Positions 18,116 through 25,940 of a stretch of 64,000 bases of DNA are shown here, in pieces. A program made the translations under genes and the position numbers. The DNA is taken from assembly GCA_964572255.1 (NCBI GenBank), contig CAZNEE010000003.1, positions 25,258-89,257 on the forward strand. The letters run 5' to 3'. This stretch comes from an uncultured Planctomycetia bacterium (lineage in GTDB: Bacteria; Omnitrophota; Gorgyraeia; Tantalellales; Tantalellaceae). The first letter of the stretch is position 1, and each line of letters opens with the position of its first letter. The notes beneath the pieces were generated by a model, which was not told where the DNA came from, searched no databases, and saw nothing but the letters and a program-made list of their open reading frames with translations.

Positions 18116-19400
18116 ACCCTCTTCCTGATATTTTCTCTATCTCCGCCTTTGCGAGGCGCATCTCCAGAATAGACAACGCGTACCTGACCTGTGCGAGTGA
18201 AAACGCTTTTTGAGCGTCAAGAAGGTCAAGACTGGTAACAAGCGTATCCCTGTAACGCGCTTCGAATATGTTCAGGCTCTCACGAGCCTTCTCAAGGCTT
18301 TTACGTGCTATCTCGAAGCTTTTCCGTGCCGCCTCGCCCTTAAGGCGTGCCGCCTCTAGATCCAGATCAAGCTGTTGTTCCACAAGTTTCTCATACGAAT
18401 CAAGTTCTTCTTTGTAGGCCTTAGCCTCTCTTACCTCGGCCATGGTCTTACCCCAGTCCCATACATTGAGATCTACAGCTATCCCGGCCGCCCAGTCATT
18501 ATCCCCTCCGGGTAATCTTGCCCATTCGTATCCATACCTGTAATACGAGTTGACCTGGGGGAAAAACCCGCTTCTCGCGGATATTATCATCTCTTCGGCC
18601 GCTTTTTTATCCATGGATATTCTGCGAATCTCCGGATTTTCATACAAATTTACAGTCCCGCGATCATCAAGTACCGGCTCGTCTTTGATATCTTTTATCT
18701 CTATCTCGGCGTTAAGATCGAGACCCATCGCGTTGAGAAGGGTCTTTCTTGATATACCTAAACTCTCCCTCGCCGAGATTAATTCCTGTTCTACCTCGTT
18801 TACCTGGACCTCAAGCCGCAAAAGGGTCTCCTGTCTGGGGACTTTTGTCCGCCTGTTAAGATCGACAGCCGTGTCATATGACGACCTTGTGTATTCAAGA
18901 AGCTCTTCCTTGCTCAGCACTATATCCCGGGCGAAAAGCATCTTGTAATACGCCTCTTTCACGTTAAAGATAACATCTTCCCTGGCGGCAAGGTATCCCT
19001 GTTCCGCGGCGTCAACAGCGTATCTCGCCGACTTCTGTTCAGAAAATATCTTCCCTCCGGTAAACAGGGGCTGGGTAACCTCCATGTACGCCTGGAAATC
19101 GTCTTTTGAATCACCGAGATAACGTTTTTTCCCGGGAATTACATAAGACAATCTGTCATAACTGAAAGTAGCGTCGACCCGTGGAAGATTATCGGAAGTG
19201 ACAGCGCGCAGGTTCTCTTTTTTCTGGTCGGTCTTGTGGTCGTAAATCCCCAGCTTTGGATGCTTTTTAAGCGCTTCCGATATACACTCTTCCAGGGATA
19301 ACGTGTCCTGTTCAACGTAATTTTCCTGCGAATGCGAAATACCCGCGGCAAACAGGGCAAAACCGATCATTAAAAGACATATACTTGCTTTCTTATTCAT
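18102..19400 (-). CDS. Outer membrane efflux protein (TolC-like OMF)
   Basis: It has a signal peptide (start likely MNKKASICLLMIGFALFAAG at about 19400) and the repeated coiled-coil/beta pattern of the OEP family. It is adjacent to the RND pump. Confidence 0.7.
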   Translation of the reverse strand: MNKKASICLLMIGFALFAAGISHSQENYVEQDTLSLEECISEALKKHPKLGIYDHKTDQKKENLRAVTSDNLPRVDATFSYDRLSYVIPGKKRYLGDSKDDFQAYMEVTQPLFTGGKIFSEQKSARYAVDAAEQGYLAAREDVIFNVKEAYYKMLFARDIVLSKEELLEYTRSSYDTAVDLNRRTKVPRQETLLRLEVQVNEVEQELISARESLGISRKTLLNAMGLDLNAEIEIKDIKDEPVLDDRGTVNLYENPEIRRISMDKKAAEEMIISARSGFFPQVNSYYRYGYEWARLPGGDNDWAAGIAVDLNVWDWGKTMAEVREAKAYKEELDSYEKLVEQQLDLDLEAARLKGEAARKSFEIARKSLEKARESLNIFEARYRDTLVTSLDLLDAQKAFSLAQVRYALSILEMRLAKAEIEKISGRGYDVK

Positions 19401-19788
19401 GTTTGGCATGTTTATCATAAAACCTGAGAAACCTCCCAAGGGAATCACGGTTGGCTTTTATAACCCTCACCCAGTCCCGCAAAAACCTTTTCCCCGACGG
19501 AGTTATCTCATATATCCTTTTGGCCGCACCTTTCTGTCCGGTATCCCACTTTGACCTTACAAGACCTTCTTTTTCGAAGGCCCTGAGCGCCCGGTATACC
19601 GCTCCCGCGTCCGGGTCCCTTTTCAGGAAACCTTTTTTCTTTAAATCGTCCATCAGTTCATATCCATGTGACGGGCGGCATAGTAATAACGCCAGAAGAC
19701 AAGGCTGTATAAAACGGCGGGTTCTGCCCGAAGTGGCTCCGGAGACAGCTTTCAGGGTAAAGCGTGATACCTTTTCCTTCATGAACAT
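19393..19788 (-). CDS. PadR family transcriptional regulator
   Basis: LLALLLCRPSHGYELMDDLKK ... GAVYRALRAFEKEGLV is the PadR winged-helix signature. Confidence 0.8.
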   Translation of the reverse strand: MFMKEKVSRFTLKAVSGATSGRTRRFIQPCLLALLLCRPSHGYELMDDLKKKGFLKRDPDAGAVYRALRAFEKEGLVRSKWDTGQKGAAKRIYEITPSGKRFLRDWVRVIKANRDSLGRFLRFYDKHAKHE

Positions 19789-20072
19789 CTCCTCAATAAG
19801 TTCTGCATATATATGTTTTTAACATATATATTGAGAAAAGTCAACCATGTTCACTTTAATACTTGCTTACCCGGTATAAAGTTGTTTTTTCTGACATACA
19901 ATCACCCTCTTCTTTTTTCTTTAGTAACTGCCCATCATTATCTCAGACCTTATTTATTACGGATAGAAAGAATTAAATACCTTTGACCAAATTGTGACTA
20001 TAGAGAAGTGAATTTGAGTTGATAGGACAATAGCGATAGGAATTAACATCATGTTGTTCGTTTATAATAAAT

Positions 20073-20096
20073 TCCACCACGATTTCACCACGATTT
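20073..20096. repeat. Tandem 11-bp direct repeat CACCACGATTT x2 (copy B)
   Basis: TCCACCACGATTTCACCACGATTTT, in the same orientation as the copy at 12833-12855. It lies 140 bp inside the tmRNA-proximal repeat. Confidence 0.6.
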
Positions 20097-20189
20097 TTCT
20101 TAAAAATGACCATTTTACCACTGACTATAACTGACGGTGTCTGTACATATATTCTTATCTATGTGCCTGTGATTTAAGGCATTTACAGC

Positions 20190-20225
20190 AAAAAAGGCGA
20201 CTCTATATTCAGAATCGCCTTTATG
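20190..20225 (-). terminator. Rho-independent terminator 3' of tmRNA
   Basis: Minus-strand sense GCATAAAGGCGATTCTGAATATAGAGTCGCCTTTTTTGCTG: a GGCGA...TCGCC stem followed by T6. Confidence 0.65.
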
Positions 20226-20236
20226 CTAAAACAAGG

Positions 20237-20623
20237 TGGTGGAGGTGCCGGGATTCGAACCCGGGTCCATGAACTCGAACCTGACAGTATCTACATGCTT
20301 AGTCTACCTTTGATCTTTTTCCCGAAATGTCCGATAGGCGGGAAATTCCGGGAAGCAATCCCCTGATACTACCTGAGGTTAGGAGATATTACCCCAGGAG
20401 TCCTTGCGTAGCTTAAGTCCTATTAGTATCCCAAGGCACTTACTAATGGACCGGTTCCTGCAAATTGAGGAACACTTAACGCATCCTCAGCCAAAATAGC
20501 TTCGGCTTCGGCTACTGGATTGTATCCTGCGTTTATGTTTTTGCCAGGTTTTTAAAGAGGCCGCCTGACAACCTCTGCATGCTGCTCCCAAGTTAAAAGA
20601 ACATGTCGAGACCTTTCACCCCC
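20237..20623 (-). ncRNA. ssrA: tmRNA (ssrA)
   Basis: The reverse complement ends GGACCCGGGTTCGAATCCCGGCACCTCCACCA (T-arm, acceptor, CCA) and begins GGGGGTGAAAGGTCTCGAC. A 7-bp acceptor stem pairs the 5' GGGGGUG with the 3' CACCUCC. It sits immediately 3' of smpB. The tag reading frame was not resolved. Confidence 0.85.
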
Positions 20624-20624
20624 A

Positions 20625-21083
20625 TTATCTCTTGCGCTTGCGGTGGAGTTCTCGTTCTGTCTCTTTCTTGACTTGTTTTTCTTTTAGAGCCATTCTCTTA
20701 TCAAAGAGCTTTTTGCCTCTTGCTATGCCGACTTCCACTTTAGCGTATCCGCGCTTGAAATATATCTTTAAAGGAACTAACGTGAACCCTTTTTGGGACA
20801 GATTGGTTTCGATCTGTCTTATCTGCATCTTGTGCAAAAGAAGTTTTCTCGGCCTTAAAGGATCATACTCGTCACGTGAAAACTTATAAGGGCTTATGTG
20901 TAAATTATAAAGGAATAACTCGCCCGCTTCAATTCTCGCGAAACTTCCTTTTAAATTGGCTTTCCCGGCGCGTAATGATTTTACCTCAGAACCTATAAGC
21001 TTCAGCCCCGCCTCATAAGTCTTTTCAATATGATAATCCCTGAAAGCCTGGCGGTTTGTTACAACAACCCGTTCTTCTTGCAT
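20625..21083 (-). CDS. smpB: SsrA-binding protein SmpB
   Basis: FRDYHIEKTYEAGLKLIGSEVKSLR ... LLLHKMQI match SmpB family motifs, and the basic C-terminal tail is present. Confidence 0.9.
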   Translation of the reverse strand: MQEERVVVTNRQAFRDYHIEKTYEAGLKLIGSEVKSLRAGKANLKGSFARIEAGELFLYNLHISPYKFSRDEYDPLRPRKLLLHKMQIRQIETNLSQKGFTLVPLKIYFKRGYAKVEVGIARGKKLFDKRMALKEKQVKKETERELHRKRKR

Positions 21084-21148
21084 ATATTTCTACCTTTATT
21101 ATAACATAATCTTTTACTGTATTTCAACTTAGTCAAATTTGCAAATAA

Positions 21149-21227
21149 AGAGTACAGTATACTTCCTACCAGGGCCCCTCCGCCCGGTGTGGATCCTCCC
21201 TGTACGGAAGCATACTGTACTCTTAAA
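21149..21227. repeat. Extended imperfect inverted repeat (18-bp arms) embedding a 38-bp element that recurs at 35754-35791
   Basis: AAGAGTACAGTATACTTCC (21149-21167) pairs with GGAAGCATACTGTACTCTT (21206-21224). A GC-rich segment of about 38 nt lies between the arms. The region is upstream of smpB. Confidence 0.5.
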
Positions 21228-21294
21228 AAGCAAAATTTCCTATTAATTGACTCAGATAACACTTTATAGTATAATTCAGTTTGCCAAATGTCAA

Positions 21295-21381
21295 GCGGGC
21301 GTGGCGGAATTGGCAGACGCGTATGGTTCAGGTCCATATGGAGGAAACTCCTTGGGGGTTCAAGTCCCTTCGCCCGCACCA
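21295..21381 (+). tRNA. tRNA-Leu (anticodon CAG)
   Basis: The sequence folds by eye as a cloverleaf with acceptor GCGGGCG/CGCCCGC, D-arm TGGCGGAATTGGCAGACGCG, anticodon loop TTCAGGT, a long variable arm and T-arm GGGGGTTCAAGTCCC. CCA is encoded. Confidence 0.8.
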
Positions 21382-21404
21382 AAAAATCCCCATCCCAGAA
21401 ACAC

Positions 21405-22262
21405 TTACCCTTCTACCGCTTCTTTATGTGTAATAAGCTGAATTCCCGAAGAGTCTACAGATCTTTTAAATCCCGGATCTTTTAGTATTTCCAACTCTAC
21501 AGCGCCGTTGCGGTACCATGGATATTTTTTAAAAAATTCTTCAGATCCCACGCATGGATGGACAGCGAGCTCATTGACCCCGTCATTTAATTTATTCAAA
21601 GTATATCTGAATACCTCTTCATTCAAACGTCCGGCATGAAAATGCCCGAAAAAGGCATCATTGCTTTTAAGTCCTAAATTTAAAATATTCTTTTTCCTGC
21701 CCGCGGTGAATACTTTTAATGAAACATGCCTGAAAAGATCACGTGCGGCGAATTGCTTGAAAATAACAGAGGTTTTTTCCAAAGGCAGTCTTACGTAAGG
21801 TATTCCAAGTTCACAAGCGATCCGTAAAACTACTTTAAATATCCTCGGGAACATGTGAACATGTTCGTGGCTATCGAGATGCGTGACCCTAAAGCCTTCA
21901 TCCAGCACTTTTCTCGCCTGGGAAGAAAGTTCTCTATAAAGTTCATCTTCCCTGATGCCTTTAAGAAAATATCTCGATGCCAGATCTTTAAATCCATTAA
22001 AAAAATTTTTATCTTTATCGACCAGTGACTTTATCTCTTCCGGATCTTTTGTAGCGGGGGCAAGTTTCCCTGTAAGCGTAAGATGCACGCCCGCTTCAGT
22101 CCTCCCCATTTGGCGCAGCATGGAAACAGCTTCCCGGAAACAGTCCCCGCACGCCATGATGCTTACGCCGGTAACAGCCCCTCCAAGAAGACACTCCTCT
22201 ATGCCTTTATTTATTTCGTCGGAAAATCCAAGGTCATCTGCGTTAATAATAAGTTTTTTCAC
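21405..22262 (-). CDS. YdjC/ChbG-like carbohydrate deacetylase family protein
   Basis: The N-terminal INADDLGFSDEINKGI and HLDSHEHVH match YdjC-family metal-binding motifs. Confidence 0.7.
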   Translation of the reverse strand: MKKLIINADDLGFSDEINKGIEECLLGGAVTGVSIMACGDCFREAVSMLRQMGRTEAGVHLTLTGKLAPATKDPEEIKSLVDKDKNFFNGFKDLASRYFLKGIREDELYRELSSQARKVLDEGFRVTHLDSHEHVHMFPRIFKVVLRIACELGIPYVRLPLEKTSVIFKQFAARDLFRHVSLKVFTAGRKKNILNLGLKSNDAFFGHFHAGRLNEEVFRYTLNKLNDGVNELAVHPCVGSEEFFKKYPWYRNGAVELEILKDPGFKRSVDSSGIQLITHKEAVEG

Positions 22263-22296
22263 TTTCTCCTCACCTGTAACTTGCGGCTTACTTTAT

Positions 22297-22995
22297 CTAT
22301 CTTGATAAAAACCACACCTTGATCATATCGACCAGTGTAGCCCATACGATAGACGGGTGCGCAATATGCGATCTTCCTGCAGTGCGGGAAATAAAAATGA
22401 GCGGATATTGATATATTCGCCCTTTCTTCTTTTTGGCATGAAGAAAAAGTTCAACATCAACGAACGGACTGTGAGAGATAAATTTAATGTCTTTAATAAA
22501 ATCTCGTTTTATTATCTTATACCCTGAATTTATATCTACTATATCCAGGTTGAAAAATATCTGTACGAGTAAATTATATGTTCCGGAAATAATTTTCCTC
22601 TTAAGCGTATCACCTTTTCTTATTTTACTGCACCCTGTCACTATATCATGTTCTTTAATGAGCGGCAGAGAATCTTTAATGTCCTCGATCCTGACAGGCA
22701 TATCCGAATCCATGTAAATTATGATGTCCTTTGTTGAGCGGCGGAAACCTTCAGCGAACGCCCCGCCGAACCTTGTGTTCTTTTTCATGTGGAAAGATCT
22801 TACCAGAGGATCATGCAGGGCCATTTCATCGATGATCTCGCCGCTTCCGTCCGTGGAGGCGTCATCGACTATGATGATCTCATATTCATCCGTAAGTTCA
22901 CGGGCTATGGATCTCATCGCACTGACCGTGTTATCGATATTATCCTTCTCGTTAAACATCGGAAGTACAAATGATATACTGTAAATTTCCTTCAT
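22297..22995 (-). CDS. Family 2 glycosyltransferase (polyprenyl-phosphate sugar transferase, ArnC/DPM1-like)
   Basis: SFVLPMFNEKDNI ... IIIVDDASTDGS ... YMDSDM (a DXD-type motif) indicates a GT-A fold GT2 enzyme. Confidence 0.75.
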   Translation of the reverse strand: MKEIYSISFVLPMFNEKDNIDNTVSAMRSIARELTDEYEIIIVDDASTDGSGEIIDEMALHDPLVRSFHMKKNTRFGGAFAEGFRRSTKDIIIYMDSDMPVRIEDIKDSLPLIKEHDIVTGCSKIRKGDTLKRKIISGTYNLLVQIFFNLDIVDINSGYKIIKRDFIKDIKFISHSPFVDVELFLHAKKKKGRIYQYPLIFISRTAGRSHIAHPSIVWATLVDMIKVWFLSR

Positions 22996-23000
22996 ATGTT

Positions 23001-24605
23001 TTATCTTACTTCTGCAGATTCGTTTGAAATAATAATATAGTCCCCGGCTTCAAATAGAGGCTCAGAGACAAGCTCAGGTTTATTTTCTTTTATCTGCTGG
23101 TAATGTTTTTTCTGGATCACTCCCCACACACGTTTTTCGCTTGAAAGAAAACTTATAAGATCATTATAAGAATGGATATCCGCCACATTTACTCTGTCAG
23201 AATAAAAAGCTATCCCCCGCCTGTGATCACATTCTCCTCCAATAGCCTCGTCCTTGCCAGCCAATTCCTTTAATTTATATGAAATGGCTTTGCTAGTTTC
23301 AAATTCCTCTATTACTGGAAGAACAAAAGCGACTATTGGTACTATTGAAATAGCACCAGATAAAATTAAAATATAAAAAGAGACCAGGAACTTTTTTCTT
23401 ACATATAAAACAATAGAAATACCTGCAAAGGCAATAAAAAACACACTGGCAATCAATGCTCCCTTAAGAACCTGCGGATATACTGTTTGTATAACAAAAT
23501 AACCGCCTACAAAAGCAAGAACACAAACCAAAGCAAAAAGAACATATGAATAATTCATTAAACGCCTCAGGTGTATATCCTGGTCATTTTCCAGAAACCT
23601 TTCCCAGAACCTACCTATCACGATAGATAGCACGGGAAAAAGCGGAAATACATATGTTACAAGTTTTGTGCTGCTTGCAGAAAAGAATAAAAATATAAAA
23701 AAGAACCATAAAGCAAGGAACAACCTCGGGGCTTTTATGGCTGACTCACCCACCTCACTTTTAACCATATACCATGTGCCGAAGATAAGAAAAGGTGTCC
23801 ACGGCAGGAAACCGCCAAGAATAGCCGGTATATAAAAAAACGGTGAACTGCCTATTCTATGTTCGGGTTCCAGAAAACGAATTATATTATGAAGGCCGAA
23901 AAACTCACTTGTAAAAGCACTCCCGTGTAATTTAAAAACAATAATATACCAGGGTAAACTGATCGCAAGAAAAACCAAGATACTAAGAATAAATGGGATT
24001 TTCTTAAAAGCTTCCCACTGTCTAGTAAAGATCATATATAAACCTATAATAACAGCAGGAATAAAAACTCCTATAGGCCCTTTCGTTAAAACGGCTAAAG
24101 CTGCCATTACCGCAGAAATTATATAAAAAAGCTTATTTTCTTTTTCAAGGCCGAGTAAAAAGAACAGAAAACATAATGTTATAAATGCAGTTAGGACCAC
24201 GTCTGTTACGCAGGCCCTTGTAATTATAATGTACTGTGTGCATGTTGCTGTAAAAAGGCTAGCAATCAAACCGCTCAAGGAGGAAAATAATATCCTGCCT
24301 ATAAAGTATATTGCCAAACAGCCGATTATACCGAATAAGGCTGAAGGAAACCTTGCAGCAAACTCGTTTACCCCAAAAAACTTAAAGCTTAATTCCACCA
24401 ACCAGTAATATAGGATAGGTTTTTCAAATTGAGGTTTTCCGAATATTAAAGGGGTAATCCATTCATTAGCTTTTAACATCTCTTTTGCGGTTTCGGCATA
24501 AAATGTCTCATCCGGATCGGTCAAGGCCATGTTGCCGAGGCCATAAAAAAAGATGAATATACAAACAATGGTAAGTATGATTATATTCCGGGAATCCCGC
24601 ATCAA
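23001..24605 (-). CDS. GT39/ArnT-like membrane glycosyltransferase (polyprenyl-P-sugar dependent)
   Basis: The 534-aa polytopic membrane protein has an N-terminal LTDPDETFYAETAKEML motif of the PMT_2/ArnT family. Its stop overlaps htpX. Confidence 0.7.
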   Translation of the reverse strand: MMRDSRNIIILTIVCIFIFFYGLGNMALTDPDETFYAETAKEMLKANEWITPLIFGKPQFEKPILYYWLVELSFKFFGVNEFAARFPSALFGIIGCLAIYFIGRILFSSLSGLIASLFTATCTQYIIITRACVTDVVLTAFITLCFLFFLLGLEKENKLFYIISAVMAALAVLTKGPIGVFIPAVIIGLYMIFTRQWEAFKKIPFILSILVFLAISLPWYIIVFKLHGSAFTSEFFGLHNIIRFLEPEHRIGSSPFFYIPAILGGFLPWTPFLIFGTWYMVKSEVGESAIKAPRLFLALWFFFIFLFFSASSTKLVTYVFPLFPVLSIVIGRFWERFLENDQDIHLRRLMNYSYVLFALVCVLAFVGGYFVIQTVYPQVLKGALIASVFFIAFAGISIVLYVRKKFLVSFYILILSGAISIVPIVAFVLPVIEEFETSKAISYKLKELAGKDEAIGGECDHRRGIAFYSDRVNVADIHSYNDLISFLSSEKRVWGVIQKKHYQQIKENKPELVSEPLFEAGDYIIISNESAEVR

Positions 24606-25441
24606 GCCATACTCCTAAGCCTTTTGACCCTCTCCTCTGTCGGCGGATGGGTGGAGAACAGCCCCGCTACAAAACTTCCCCTTAAAGGGGATACGATAAA
24701 TAGATGCGCTGTTTGCGGCGCCGCATCAAACTTGTAACGCTTGGATACTTTTGACATGCTTTCAAGCGCGCTTGCCAGCCCTAAAGGGTTCCCGGCTATT
24801 TTTGCGCCTGTCGCGTCAGCTCCGTATTCACGGGAACGCGAGATCGCCAACTGAACGAGTAAAGCCGCCATAGGCGCGATTATGCTTACGGCAAGAAGCC
24901 CTATTATGTTGCCGGAATCCCTGCGATTCCTGTCAAATCCCCCCAAAATAGCACCCCAGCGCGCCATGTTAGCTATCAGCATGATAGCGCTTGCGAGGGC
25001 GGCAGTAACCGTCATGATGAGGGTGTCCCTGTTGCGTATATGCGCTAATTCATGCGAAATGACCCCCCGGATCTGGTCTTTATCCAAAAGTTCAACAATA
25101 CCTCTTGTCAGGCATAAAACACCTTTTTCGGGGTTTCTGCCGGTAGCAAAAGCGTTGGGAACACCTGTTTCAACCATGTATATCCTTGGGCACGGAATAC
25201 CTGCATTCTTACTCAAGTCCCCAACCATCTCATAGATTTCATTAAATCTTTCACGCTCAAGTTCATGGGCCTTATACATCGCCAAAACTATCTTGTCGCT
25301 ATACCAATAGCTGACCCCATTAAGAACTAATGCGAACATGAACGCTATTAACGCGCCCCGGGCGCCTCCCAATAAGCTGCCCATCCATACCAGCAGTAAA
25401 GACAATATGACCAAAAGTAAAGCCGTTTTTGTGTAATTCAT
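24602..25441 (-). CDS. htpX: Zinc metalloprotease HtpX (M48)
   Basis: HELAHIRNRD zincin motif, N-terminal TM helices and C-terminal GLFSTHPPTEERV. Confidence 0.85.
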   Translation of the reverse strand: MNYTKTALLLVILSLLLVWMGSLLGGARGALIAFMFALVLNGVSYWYSDKIVLAMYKAHELERERFNEIYEMVGDLSKNAGIPCPRIYMVETGVPNAFATGRNPEKGVLCLTRGIVELLDKDQIRGVISHELAHIRNRDTLIMTVTAALASAIMLIANMARWGAILGGFDRNRRDSGNIIGLLAVSIIAPMAALLVQLAISRSREYGADATGAKIAGNPLGLASALESMSKVSKRYKFDAAPQTAHLFIVSPLRGSFVAGLFSTHPPTEERVKRLRSMA

Positions 25442-25586
25442 AAGTAACCCTCCCGTTGGAATAAGTATAATATATAATAACCCCCCGTTAAGTCAATCCT
25501 TATTTACCTTGACTAAGCAATTGTTGTAATATAAACTATAAAACGTTTATCATCCTTATTCAAACCTGTTAATAAAAAGTAAGATA

Positions 25587-25871
25587 ATGAGTTTCTTAAA
25601 GAATATTTCCGGGATTTTCAGAAGAAAAAAAGGCTCCAGGTTCGGAGAGATCGCCGTCAAAAAGGGGCTTGCCTCAGAAAAAGACATCGAGGAAGCTCTC
25701 AAGGCGCAGCGGGAATACGACCAAATGCATAAGACCCATAAAAAGATCGGAGCGATCCTCACGGAAAAAGGGATCCTTACTCCCGATGATGTCACGCTGA
25801 TCCTGGAAGAACAGAGGAAAGACCAGAGCCTAATGGCCTGGTTTTACGCTTTCTTTAATCTTAGTCATTGA
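25587..25871 (+). CDS. Small protein with two MshEN/T2SSE_N-like motifs (putative c-di-GMP-binding fold), hypothetical
   Basis: Two copies of the G(E/A)I(A/L)xxKG(L/I)x(S/T)xxD(I/V)xxxLxxQ pattern (FGEIAVKKGLASEKDIEEALKAQ and IGAILTEKGILTPDDVTLILEEQ) resemble the tandem 24-residue MshEN motif. Confidence 0.4.
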   Translation: MSFLKNISGIFRRKKGSRFGEIAVKKGLASEKDIEEALKAQREYDQMHKTHKKIGAILTEKGILTPDDVTLILEEQRKDQSLMAWFYAFFNLSH

Positions 25872-25940
25872 CATTTTTTTATTTTGCTATAAACTTAATA
25901 GTAATTACCTTAAGTAAAGAACTATAAATAGGAGGACAGG

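Noticed and set aside
12801-20236. Search for an integrase, excisionase or transposase inside or beside the putative ssrA islet
   Set aside because: No ORF in the block or its flanks shows tyrosine or serine recombinase motifs (no R..HxxR..Y pattern). The island call therefore rests only on the 17-bp direct repeat and the cargo, and confidence was kept moderate.
25487-25545. Possible sigma70-like promoter (TTGACT ... TATATT) upstream of htpX
   Set aside because: Spacer length and -10 quality could not be judged reliably by eye in this AT-rich spacer, so it was not reported as a feature.
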